Below, piece by piece: positions 50,501-60,900 of a DNA stretch of 64,000 bases. Origin of the DNA: Monocercomonoides exilis PA203. Lineage: Eukaryota; Protista; Preaxostyla. The first letter of the stretch is position 1, and the number at the start of each line of letters is the position of its first letter. Made by a program: the position numbers and the translations under genes. The stretch covers positions 248,001 to 312,000 of the forward strand of contig LSRY02000029.1 in NCBI GenBank assembly GCA_001643675.2, written 5' to 3'. Below the pieces are notes generated by a model. The model was not told where the DNA came from. It searched no databases and saw nothing but the letters and a program-made list of their open reading frames with translations.

Positions 50501-52340
50501 TTTCAAATGATGAGTTGTGAACCACAGACAGATCATTCACAGCCAATTCACCTGTTCCAACACAAAATAGACTCAGTCCACTTCCCTCAAATTTTGTTTC
50601 AATTGATGAGCCAGATGGCAAAGCTCCATTCACAGAGATTGTTTTCTCCCCAATCTCAACTCCTTTTCCTTCCACAACTGTTCCAGAAAGCACTTTTATT
50701 TCCTCCACAAACCCAGAAATCATTTGAGAAAGGCAATGGCTGATTGTGAGGCATGCACAACTTTCATTCAATCCACAGCTGAATGTGTCTTTTGCATTTG
50801 TCTGATTTTGAGTTGAAGCAACAAATCTGCATTTCCCGTCATTGTTTGGCAACCATTCACTTTTATCTCCATCTGCATTATATCTAACCCCTTCAGTTCT
50901 TGTTGAATAACAATAAACAACTTGGGAAACTGTAGTATTTCCATAAATACTAATATCATTTCCATTTGGTGCTGTATTATTATGGAAAAAGCAAAACCAT
51001 AAAAGATTTCCGTAATATCCATCTGTCCTAATACTTAAAGCTCCTCCACGTAAATCTGAATGACATCCTTGAAAAAGGCAGTTGCGAGAAACAATTTTAT
51101 CATAAGGAAACCAACTTATAAATCCACCTCCATCTGTGCCTGAAGCATTATGTCCACTGCAATTTTGGAAAAAGCAATTTAATACACAGTCTTTTGTCTT
51201 CGTTGTTTTAGATTTCCAAATTCCAATTCCTCCAGCATCGTTTTCTGACCATCCATCTTTGAACAAACAATTATTTACTAACACTTGAATTTTCATTCCT
51301 TCTATTTCTGCACTTGCGCCTCCATTATCATTTGATGATACACAATAACATTCAACAAATGTGGAATGCTCAACGGTAAATTCTGCAATATTCAAAGCGA
51401 ATATTCCTCCTCCTCTTGTTGAAGTTGCATTGCATTTCGCAAATGATGAATTCTCAACAGTCAGCGTAGCACTCGAATTGCCATGAACGTACAGTGCCCC
51501 ACCACATGGAGCAGAGCATCCATTCCATTCAGCATTCTTATATGTTTGTGCCTCGGTGGTTTCATTTCGCACAGTGTTTTTCATCTTCCGATCCGCTCTT
51601 TCATTCTGAACAAATGTGCAATTGTTACAGGAAAAGAAAACAGATCCTTCTGTTCCACTTACAATCCCGCCTTCCAGCACATTCATCGATTTTTCAACAT
51701 CACAATCCTCCATTCTGCTCATTTTCATCATCCTCTCTTTTCCAGTTTGTATTTCCTCTGTTTCACAACATTTCTTTGTGATATTCGCAAATTTGCAGTT
51801 TTGAATGCATTCAAAACTTCCTGCTCCATCTCTCAGAAAACTGCATCCATTCCCACAAAACACAACATCCTCAAATTCACTGTTTCTCACAAACAACATC
51901 GACAAATCTCCCCCTTCCATCTCCACCACACTCCCCATCATTCCACATTTCTGACCATTCCCAACACCCAAAGTCGCGTTTATCAGCCTGCATGTCCCTC
52001 CATTTCTCATATAATTCCCATTCCACTCATCATTTCTCACAAACACACCTCCATCAACCTGTAGCAATGAACCTGATCTTATTTCAAACATCACATAATT
52101 AGCTGGCTTTTCAAGCAACATCCCTTTCATTTCAACTGACGAATTGTACATTTCACAGAACATTTGAACAACACTTCTCTTCCCAAAAATACCACTCTTC
52201 TCCATCCCGCTAACATAGAAAGCGTCATATTCATTTCTCAATCTATCATTTCTGTCTTTGCCACAAATGGCTGGTAATAAGCACACAAGAAAAATGAAGT
52301 GAATCATTGTTTTAATGAAGATTATGGGTTTATGAACCAT
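44508..52340 (-). CDS. Large type-I membrane surface protein (signal peptide, beta-helix-like GG[A/G][I/L]-rich repeats, TM helix, degenerate kinase C-lobe)
   Basis: 2610-aa ORF. Hydrophobic N-terminus MIHFIFLVCLLPAICG (the second Met may be the start), repeated D..CG....PC.S and GGG(I/L)..F..N.A..G.D.FV modules, TM segment YWLLIVIIMAFVLLFILIVAVI, and tail WKAPE..FSIGTMLWECLTLEIPF..ERP. Confidence 0.9.
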   Translation of the reverse strand: MVHKPIIFIKTMIHFIFLVCLLPAICGKDRNDRLRNEYDAFYVSGMEKSGIFGKRSVVQMFCEMYNSSVEMKGMLLEKPANYVMFEIRSGSLLQVDGGVFVRNDEWNGNYMRNGGTCRLINATLGVGNGQKCGMMGSVVEMEGGDLSMLFVRNSEFEDVVFCGNGCSFLRDGAGSFECIQNCKFANITKKCCETEEIQTGKERMMKMSRMEDCDVEKSMNVLEGGIVSGTEGSVFFSCNNCTFVQNERADRKMKNTVRNETTEAQTYKNAEWNGCSAPCGGALYVHGNSSATLTVENSSFAKCNATSTRGGGIFALNIAEFTVEHSTFVECYCVSSNDNGGASAEIEGMKIQVLVNNCLFKDGWSENDAGGIGIWKSKTTKTKDCVLNCFFQNCSGHNASGTDGGGFISWFPYDKIVSRNCLFQGCHSDLRGGALSIRTDGYYGNLLWFCFFHNNTAPNGNDISIYGNTTVSQVVYCYSTRTEGVRYNADGDKSEWLPNNDGKCRFVASTQNQTNAKDTFSCGLNESCACLTISHCLSQMISGFVEEIKVLSGTVVEGKGVEIGEKTISVNGALPSGSSIETKFEGSGLSLFCVGTGELAVNDLSVVHNSSFENNRRSRLFEIQGRGLMDVKRMNISMDASHSEKRSIQNSLVKVDGGELKMQDVRWGRTFSTTSVISLSQGSSASLSLDNCVFGNIVRTTAGSSMMSVDEGSHSITLEGCTIDGCGSVDSDFGGGAMIEMVNAGSLTMNGGVIRNCYASTMQGRGGGIGLKVKDTNTNFLISSAFEGNKAKWGSDIFVDSIDLESTVRSGKIASLTASLETKSKMQGYENGDESFPIPLCAYLWNNFSEPAFVGGGSLSHDFSKCGFEEFPCSSISKVATIHFEEKKKDIALLEPFVFGEELELASYEWSVASKEDEMKCDVSDQKEGAQSGLIESTVSVSVTGIVFSLSKSLTYHESVFCCRSEKLTLSKCGMEGGVEAISTVFVKAVGGIVEVSEFASESAVKWGSSIFVVEGNAESMPSMNMTHSNFGEITFSDGCVVECHEGIIEEMSGCTFSLITRSKGSGGCISIANNEDDNDGKDYKVEMNDCTFEGCAVVGEEEECGGGALFCEASSKTNLLINICTFYCCTAPYEEEIVGYGGGIMMKMLRDEEADFVISSPVFSSGKPNNAKCGKDLFVSSSSLIKSIKNETLPFVKDRLEKLNEDSMRGYDGGNKECAIPLIYFWKDIGTSVLVARGGNNVVVCGLLEYPCGSVDYGVKRGSDLGIESIAVQGTCDVRNEMSVSGMRLEGTDGESDKIQFVEEIEGNGNVVVECREVVQFKEVEIVIQTAFDNGANTLIQTGSDAVKTSIVSCSIHMSGNAEGELAFVLISATKGIVEIEKANIVGFSTMHEVMSISADCVTTMNNVTFEDISLSGKSAIMMSKSMISAIGNDNSEEEWNVLFEQCTFVNVKNSVSNSPSLLCCDFSKEMRLKMDNSSTNNCGSTSSHEGGGVFFLLDERGKLEINLTNVTECFCSNIGRGGGLFLKSQSVTQKTLPFALSNITFRGNVASKGRDVFVKCTDLDTQISEWQFLINFGEPFVKELAIWGCTADNYGDEEDLLRRVFVFRSEFIFVSSILGNNSDSKNCGEMKGACSSLNVGVSHIIPSDYSQLYVWNETRLTGSCSAKKVTIKSMEANRNAEIKIWEINLGGEGVVKTSEFARLERVKFVFEGTGNIGCSCLMHQLSGSLILESVSFLIENRSEENSQILFDCSLIVVEDGLFEADRCGVGHLIFSKPVFQILSSERATFEDLSVSDVECKSSMFECGKCENVGISKLSATNISLQDRGLISFEAINSSLIFSLMQSSFSNIIKTASGSCIICTTQPMTDFEMLNCSFRECTSELQKGSQVSVANANKIFLDSCVFVGDLVGNFEKMNNAMDEICRWNGSVVDISSSFVMMKDITICNSSKGGLTVSGGYLMIEKGEFSNNNPFIEKYPSLRRNIICSDSASLTISSLIGGDGVLPNTSLWMLNEGCLLERIVSERASSFLIPVLESAEANEKGEEMEVIFKGKLLLPCNLSFMVVKQIGDEKQIEKFMFDESGYESETEVEGRLPKETITKAGEGVEVSVCILFGDAKNSSFTDSFILKNKSEPKVNGDEKIVEGGKEGKSYWLLIVIIMAFVLLFILIVAVISTLRWRKQKRRTEELEEIVNDNIKKDPKLIEMTTMEMSPEEQWRRAEREAEKKNEERIKKRVYENSLGHSESSEHLLSESGSTEYILGRDSDKIPEWMLEKIDEKEIEDETRKRTPSPSISSISTTDTTDSESTFVRREDLCPTTSSMSNLVDAMACSSPHEKLIVDLRDSLFMLLHGRNEKKEMAIGSLKEREQTAAQILFWVANGALHSFDEMDNPLQSLANLSPHLVLFSEHMVICIVMHSDLLSDDDSDSSSISSSTVATSDSGNDGDSDSLPSSAFEDEDYYKKECLRWKAPELQVNRKMGATKESVAFSIGTMLWECLTLEIPFGEYEAEVAGQKIMNGERPDATRVIESTLNRFVSLCFSQQIGERPTLVDAKREFIQRFPPGAVVLTISDAVDYYADSCCHQSEDVLDENATSNPEDISGFFSVKDS

Positions 52341-54017
52341 ATTTATGATAATATCCCATTATCTTGTTGAGTTTTAAAAAATATTATTTTCTGCTCCATT
52401 TCAATTTTCTGGCTTCAATTCTCTGCTTTTATTTCCATTTTTCTGAATCATTCTATTTTAACATAAATTTTCTGACAATATCATCTTTTATGAATTTCCT
52501 CTATTTTTCTTCATTTTTTCAAATCTCACTTTCTTTTGATATTTTGCTTAAGTTAAGTGCATCATCCCTTCTTCTCCTTTTTCGTATAATTGCTTTCTTT
52601 CATTTGAAATCTCCATATTTTCTTTGATTGATTTCAAAGATTCCTGAAAATACAAAAAGAAATAAAAAAAATCAAAAAAAATGATGAAAATGAAAATTTC
52701 CACACCAAGAAATAAATTTGGCTATTACAAAGCTGCACATAACTGCTTTTGCCTCATTAAATAATATTGTTTCAACTCTTCACCATGACTTCAAAATCCT
52801 CCTTTTCTGGCACATCTTTCCATGGAATTTCTTTTTTTCCATTTTTTCTAAAGAGAAATTGATTATTAATTCAATATCCTCTGTTCTTTCTCTTTTCTGA
52901 TTTTTCTTTAATAGTTCCTTCACATGATCTTGCTTTGCTCTCTTCTATTTCTTATCAACTGTTTTTCAGGATTTCTTCTTCTTTTAGTCATTCAATATTT
53001 TCTGACAATTTTTGAATTTTTCTTTGTTTCTCTAATATCCAAAAAATTTTTGATCAATTTAGCTTCAGAGCATTCTCGATCAGCAATCCAATGAAATTCT
53101 GTCTTTTTCAGATACTTTCCTGTTCCTTCAAAAACGTCTTTAACAAGTATTTTCTCGCCTTTAATGAACATTGAAAATTGCTTTTTTGTTGATACAGTCG
53201 AGATTTGGATATTGCTTAATCATGATTACTACTCTTTTCAAGGGGAAATATTTTCCATATTCCAATTTCCGCTGCTAAATAGTTATGTAATTTGTAGCTT
53301 TGCACCATCGGAGAATGATTTGTGAGTCTCTGCGATAGATGAACAAGACTATCCATTTTTGTGAAAACCGAAAAAATGTTACAAAAGCAAATATAGAAAT
53401 TTTCTTTCAAAAAAAAAAAGAAATACTCAAACTTTCAATTCCTTTCGTTCTTCTGTTGTTGAAGCCTGGGATCCGTTTTCCCTTTGTCACTGGGCCAACA
53501 AAACTTTCATTTCAATGGCATTTTCTAACTGAATTTCTGATTTCAGAATAAAATGAAACTGGCCAAAAAGAAATACAAATAGATGCAAACAATGAAATAA
53601 AACATTACAATTATGTTCAGGAATTACTTGCAATGGCCTGGATAGAATAATTTTTCAAAAATATGACATTCGGTCAATAACATCATAAGGTTTTGAAATA
53701 AAAGTGGAGATTCTTCAAATGAACAAATTATCGAACTGAATACAAAAAAGGTGTCAATAGTTATGATTCATTTGCCTTTAAAATAAGTCATTTTCTGTTC
53801 ATCTTAATAACTGAAACAAACTGGAAATTCCCCTTCAATTCTATGAAAATGACTGACAAAAATAATTTGTATTATGTCCGCTTTTAAATACCTAAAACAA
53901 ATCTATTATGCTTCAGAAAACAGAAATAAAAAATTGTAAAATTTCAAATGTTATTATGGGAACGATTTCAAAATGTGGTTTTTTTTCTATTATCATTCAT
54001 ATAGCACCGGAATTTAT

Positions 54018-54486
54018 GGTAAAAGGAGATGATAGGGGAACACGAATTTTCCAAAATCTTTATAATAAACGGAAATAATATTGCATAAGAATCATTTATA
54101 AATTAATTAAAATTTGAGATCATCATTCATAAAAATTTCTTTTTTTCAATCAAAACATTTTGATCTGACCCAGTATTTTTTTAATAATTTGATTCAAAAT
54201 AGAAAAATAATCTCTGCATTAATAGATTGGTTTAGGTTCTAGGGTTAGCGTAACAAATCTTGGGTTTAGGGTTTATTCCCGTTCTTCTTTTTAGGGTTAG
54301 CACTCAAAAATAACATGAAAATTTATTGATCTATCCCATAAATATAAAGAATACTTGATAATTTTTTATCAAACAATTTGATGATCTCAAATTTTAATTA
54401 ATTTATAGATGATTCTTAAACTATTTTATGTCCGTTTATAATAAAAGTTTTGAAAAAGTCGTGTTCCCCTATAATATACATTTGCC
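54018..54486. mobile_element. MITE family B (469 bp, about 108-bp imperfect TIRs, 8-bp TSD, internal TAGGGTT repeats)
   Basis: ggtaaa..ataggggaacacga..aaatttgagatcatca / tgatgatctcaaattt..tcgtgttcccctat..tttgcc. TSD gaatttat at 54010-54017 and 54487-54494. Confidence 0.88.
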
Positions 54487-54734
54487 GAATTTATTTTGAA
54501 GTTGTGAAAAGTTTGAAATTTGTCCAAACTTATGAAGACTATAATGTTATAAATAGTCTTCAATAACAATCAAAAATATAAAAATACATATAAATTTGAA
54601 TATAGAAAAATTTTTTTCAAACAAATTCAATAATACATCAATCATAATTGTGCAGATTTTCAAACTTAAAAACTTTTTAAAAGTAATTATTATCTCAATA
54701 ATGACTTATAATCAAAAAATTTCTCAAACAACAA

Positions 54735-54807
54735 CTCGATGTAGTCTAGTCGGTTAGGATATAAGACTCTCACTCTTGTGACCCGGGTTCGATTCCCGGC
54801 ATCGAGG
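54735..54807 (+). tRNA. tRNA-Glu (CUC)
   Basis: Acceptor stem CTCGATG/CATCGAG, anticodon arm TAAGA-CTCTCAC-TCTTG, T arm CCGGG-TTCGATT-CCCGG, followed by a T-rich terminator. Confidence 0.95.
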
Positions 54808-54984
54808 AATATTTTTGTCCATTTTTGTTATCTTTTCCTTTTTTTATTTTTCTCTTTTTTTCCTTACTTTTTTCTTTTTCTTTTTCTTTTTCTTTTTCTT
54901 TTCTTTTCTTTTCTTTTTTTTGGAAATTTAGAAAAAGTGTGAAATGATATTTTTTTAAAAAAAATTTACTAAGCGAAATGAAAC

Positions 54985-57900
54985 TTATGATTTTTGGAAA
55001 ATGATAATCGCCTCAATGACATCTTCTCCAATTGAAAATATTTTCTGAAGCAAATTCATTTTTTCTTTCTGTAAAATGTCATTCTTTTTCATCCCTTCTA
55101 TTTTTCTATTATCAAGCAGTTTCTCATTTCTCCAAATCAATCCGACAGAATCTCCAAATTCACCTGCATAAAATTGAAGAAACTGTCCAAGATTCTTTTC
55201 CACATCACGCAGGAACAAAGGAAGAGGATCAAATCCGATCGCAAGCGTCTCAAACTGAAGCTGCCTGTGCTGCTTTGCCAACTGCCTCTTTTTCACAACA
55301 GCCGACTCCTGCGCCTTGTGCTTCACAAGCGCTTGTTTAATCGAGGCCGAAATGGCTGTGGAGGAAGCAGTCGCAACAGGAAGCGTCAGGTTCTTAAAAC
55401 GGGACTGGCAAAACACCGAGCTTACAAGCGATACCGAAGGAGGACGCGGAGGGAGCAGGATGCGAAACGGGGGTCGCTCCATCGACATCACAGCAGCCAG
55501 CGGCTGTGCCTGGCGCAGCACTCCCAGTCGGATGAGTGTGTTCTCCAGCTGCTGCATCGGCAGAGAAGAGAAGCTTAAGGGGCTATTTGACATGGCGTGG
55601 TTTCGAGGCAATGCTTCCTTGTGGAGAATGACAAGAGCATCATACACAAATGGAGAGGACAGAAAGGCTGATTGAAACAGAGATGAAGGGGAAGAGAGCA
55701 AATGGGCTTGTGTTGCATGTGTCACACGCATTACAGGCAATGGTTGTTTTCCGTTGGGACAAGACAAACCAGCTTTTCTTGAAGCAGAACGAGTTTTTAG
55801 CAGCACTTTCATTGCTTTGCATTCCAATTTCTTGCTCTTTCTTGCCCTCTCTTCTGACAGCAGCGCAGCAGCAGGCGCAATCCCGTTCACAGCCTGCACC
55901 AGTTTTGCATACGACGCCTGTGCCAGAAGAATCATTGTGTTCAGAGCAGGCGTGGTGAGAGTGGTTGGATTTCCCTTCTGCCACCCGATCCCACTCAAAT
56001 CGTGGGGCACGGCAATAAACAAAGGAGGAGGGATATCACCAGCCAGCCCAGAAATGGCTGCGATGGGCGTTTTGAAGTACAGCAGGACTGAAGGATGCAG
56101 GCGATTGGTTGGTTGATCAGAAGGTGAAGAAGAAGAAGAAGAAGATTCATTGTCAGGAATGCTCAGCAATGGGAACGGGGAGAACGGAGAAGGAGAAGGA
56201 GCGGAAGATGAGAGCAAAGAGAGAGGCAAGCCTGCAGCCAGACAAGATTCTTCGATGCCGCTCGATCGCAGCTTGCAGAAGTGGCTGAAGGCAGACGCCA
56301 GAGAAGTGGTGCTGCAGAGCCGGATATCCTGAGAGTTTGCCAGTAAAACAGGTGAATATGCAGCACTTGCATAAGAAGAAGAAGAAGATGATGATGATGA
56401 TGATGAAGACAGTTCCAGAAGAGTTCGAGATGCCGAAGCCAGCGCCACATCGAGCGAAGCGCCGTATGCAACAAGCGGAGTTGTGTCTGGCTGGAGCGTG
56501 GCGAGTAAATGGAGCACACGCAACAGCCCTGCAACAGGTGAAGCAGGAGTAATGTTGTGGTGTGGCTGGTCAAAACACACAGCCACCAGCAGCTCAGCCA
56601 GCTGGGCGGAGACAGACGTGGAGAGGCGGTGGGCAGAAAGCCAGCAGCGGAACAAGGCGAGCGAAGGTGCATACGCCGGATGGGCTGCTGCAATCGCACG
56701 GATAAACTCTGAATGGCGCGGCAGGAAGTAAGAGGTGAACTGAAGCTGGCACAAGTGTCTGTATCTGCGTGCGGCAGTGAGGACAGCTTCGAGAGCTTCG
56801 GCTTGCTGGCGATTGGAGGAAGAAGGAAGGAAGACGCGTCGCTGGAACTCAGAAAACAATGGCTTTGCAATAGCATCTCTTTGTTTGTTTTCTTGTTTTT
56901 TCTCTTTCCCCTTTCCTTCTCTTTCTTTTTTACCACGTTTCTGCTGCCTGGCAACTGTGCTGATGTTTGAGAGTGCATGTACTGCTATTCTTGTCGCCAA
57001 GCTTGTTTCAGACGCCACCAGCTTCACTTCCTCGTCTGGAATGAGCATCGCCCGGAACACAAACCCGCCGCGGGCAAAGTCCACATAGTCAGGTGTCAGT
57101 CGAATCAGTGTGGCGTTGTGGGGAAGAATGGAAGAAGAAGAAGAAGAAGAAGAGGAGGAGGAAGAAGAATTTAAAATTTCACTCTGAAATGAGGAACCAG
57201 CGCTGCCATCGCCCAAGCTTCCCTGTTTGTTTTGTGCTGTCAGAAGGACAGTGGGGTACTTTGCCGCCACACGCTGGGCGATGCGAAGGAGCATTAGAGA
57301 GCGCATCAGAGAAAGAGCGCGGTGGCTGGCGGGCCAGCGGGCAGATCGCTCTGTCTTCAGCATGATGGGGAGAACAGGTACATAGAGTGATTGCTTGGGG
57401 GATAAGATGTCGTCGGGCAAAGCAAGAGAAGAAGTAGAAGAGAAAGAAGAAGATGATGATGATGAAGCAACCATTGAAGTCGGAGCATTAGCAAAGGGAT
57501 GAGGGCGAGCAGGGAACGGGTCACATCCGTAGATGGCTGAATGCAAAGGATGTACTGACAGTATTTTGAGAGGAATAACATCCAAGTTTTTCAGGTCAGC
57601 AGCAAGTGTGTTGAAGGCAGTGACAATCAGAGGAGTGGTGAATGGGTGCTCAATGACACGGGAGATGCGCGAGGCGGCTTCAGAAGCAGAGAAGCAGATG
57701 CGAGGAACGGGGTGTGAGACAGAGGAGGAGGAGGAGGAAGAAGAAGAAGAATGAGGAAGTACTTTCAATGTTGTAACTTCAGATGTTTTGCGTTTTTCCC
57801 CTCCTTTTTCTGTTTGCCACTTCTTCATTGATCTCTTCATTGGTACAAGTTTACTATCTTTTCCATTATCATCATCATTTTCTTCTTCCTCTTCTTCCTC

Positions 57901-60900
57901 TTCCTCTTCGTCACTTTCCTCCCCTCCATGCCTCTCCACCTTCTGTGAAATAACTCCACCCCTCTTTCTTCTCTCCCTTTCCACTTTCTCAACCTCTTCC
58001 TCTGCCTTTTCCTCGTTCGATATTCCCAATTGAATGCCCGCCCATCTCCTCAAACTGTGCTTTGCTATCCATTCACACCTCCTTCGCATTTTGGATGGCC
58101 ACATCGCATCGTCCTTTCCAGTGCGCCCGCGGCTGGCGAGCGCTGCTGCTTCGTATTCTTCATCTTCTGACAAAGTTGAAGAAGAATAAGAAGAAGAATA
58201 AGAAGATGATGATGAATTAAGATCATCAGATTCTGAAAGCGCAGATTCTTCTCTTTCATCCTCTTCTTCTTCCCCTCTTCTCTTTCTAAACGAACTCTTT
58301 CTCTCTTTCCTTTCCTTCTGTTTGCTGCTCACAAGCCTCGTATTCGTCTGTGAATCGCTCCATCTAATGCCTTCCTCTGCCCAAAGCACAGACTCCCTCC
58401 AAATCCCATCGAATTGCCTCCTTTCTGTCTTGTTCTGTCCCCAAAACAGGGCAAATGGAGTAACATCAGAAGAAGAAGAAGAAGAAGAAGAAGAAGCAGA
58501 AGATGTTGAACCACCTTCATTTGATAGATTCTGAAGAGACAAAGAAGAAGAAGAAGAAGAAGATAAAGAAGAAATAGAAGAGCCCATCCCCAGATCTGTC
58601 AGTCTTGGCCCTTTATCAACAAGTCTCAGAGAAAGAGTCTGGTGGAGCAAGACTCCCACACGCACAGGGAGGAAAGGCTGTGGAGTGGATGTGACTCTTC
58701 CACTGCTATTGCTATTTCTGCTTCCACTGCCCTTTTCTTTGACACTTCCATTGCCCCTTCCATTGTCACTTCCATTGTCACTTCGGTTGAGGAAAAGAAG
58801 ATCGTCTGGAATGAGAGGGAGAGGCGAGGTGTTCAGAGGAAGAGAGACAGAACGGTGCTGCTGGGTGGAGTCGGCGTTGAAAGCGGAGAAGGAAATCGTT
58901 TGGCGGATGGAGTGGCGAGAGAGATGAAGAGGCTGTTTGGATGAAGAGACAGATTTTGGATGGGAAGAGAAAGAGATGTTTGATTTTGATTTTTCTCTTT
59001 CTTCTCCTTCTCCTTCTCTTTCTTCTTCTTCTCCATCAACATTATCATCAACTCCATAGTTCTCTTCCATCTCCTTTGCCTGCTGTGAACCAGAATGCAT
59101 CAGTCTTTCACAGACTTCGAGGCTTTCGAAGTCATATTCCACTTGCGTTCTTACAATTTCTCTGATTTCTTTTCCTTTCGCTTTTCCTTTTCCTTTTCCT
59201 TTTTCTTTCCCTTTCTCCCCTTTCATAGTTTTGTTGGCTTTTCCTTGCTTCTTCCCCTTCATGTTCTTCTTCCCTTTCCTCTTATTTCCTTCTTCTTCTT
59301 CTTCTTCTTCTTCTTCACTATCTTCTCCTTCCCCTTCTTCCTCTCCTCCTTCTTCTCCTTCCTCCCTCACAACATGACTCACCATCGTCGGCAGCGGGTG
59401 TGGCAGTGGAGACACAGCCACTCGCACCAGATGTGCTCGTGTCCCCAGCGAAAGACACAGAATTCTCTCCAAAACAGACGCCATTGCTGACACAAGAGCA
59501 GAAGGATCACAGAGAAGAGTCAAGAAAGAGGAGGAAACGTCGCTTTCGAAGGAGGAAGAGGGTGAGGAAGAAGAAGAAGAAGTTGGTTGATCGTTTGCTT
59601 TTTCTTCTTCATCTTCCTCTTCTTTGTCGCTTTCTTCTTCCATTTCATTTGTTTTTCTTCCTCTCCTTCTTCCTTCTCCGCTCTTCTTCTTCATTTTTCT
59701 TTCTCTGCGCCTTATCAATGCCTCAATCATCACATACACCACTTTTCTTAGCATTGGTGGCAGTAAAAACGACAAAAGTTGTTCAGCAGATTTTGGCAAA
59801 GCAAAAGAAAACGAAGAAGAAGAATTCGAAGAAGAAGAAGAAGAAGAAATTGAAGGAATAGAAGGAAGATTCTGTGTGATTGTTGAAGCGATGCGAAAGA
59901 GAAGCACAGGAAGTGAAGGGACGGAGGGAAAGAACAAGGAGAAATCGTATTTCTCCGAAAAGGAGCAGATTGGAGTGATGGAAGTGGAAAGAGGGGAGAG
60001 GAAAGAGAGAAGAGAAGAAAGAGAAGAAGAAGAAGAACGAGAGAATAAGAAATTCACAGGAGAACAAGACACACCCAGCGGCGGAAGAAGAAACAGGCGG
60101 CGAAGCTGGATGTTTGGAAGAGAACCAGAAAAAGTCGTTTTTGGGGCTCTTCGAATAATCTCTTTTCTGCCATTTTGAGTTATTTTGTTGCTATTTTTGC
60201 TATTTTGGCTTTTCTTCTGTTTTTGAGGCTTTGCTGTTTCTTGTTTTCTGTGTGCGATTGCAGTTGATTTAGCTTTGGATCTGCTGTCAGAACCTTCCAT
60301 TTCCTGTGAGCTTTCATTCTTTTCATCTTCTTCATCTTCTTCTTCTTCTCCCTCATTTTCTTCCTCATCATCGTCATCATCGTCGTCTTCCTCCTCTTCT
60401 TCCTCATTATCAAACTGTCCCATTATATCTGCGTCATCCTCTGCTTCTCTTCCACTCATCCACCCTCCATTTCTAGATTCATCATCATCATCTTCATCAT
60501 CATCATCTCCTCTTTTGCTCTGTGCCATCACAATATCCACCTTCTTCTTCGCTTTCGCCCTCCCATTTTCTCCTTGCTCCATCTCCGTCTTCAGCGTCAT
60601 CTCCATCATCCCCCTCTCCCCTTCTTCTTCTCCTTCTCTTCTTCCTTTAGAGGCAGAAGAAGAGGCAGCAGTAACACTTGCACTCCCACCTTTCCCTTTC
60701 CCTTTCCCTTTCGCCCCGACCTCATTCAGATGCGCCTGGTACACCTGCCCCAGCTGTGCCATCATTTCTGTCCGCTTCATCTCCTCCAGCGTCTTCTGCG
60801 CATGGAAGCTCAGCTCAGCCCAGCTGTTCCTCGACATGTGGCCCGCCACGTTGAAGTGGTGGCTCAGATCCACAATGACCACAGGGTATGCGGAAAAGTA

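Noticed and set aside
52900-53560. Coding-like minus-strand fragments upstream of the surface-protein gene
   Set aside because: No consistent frame, splice model or recognisable motif could be assembled.
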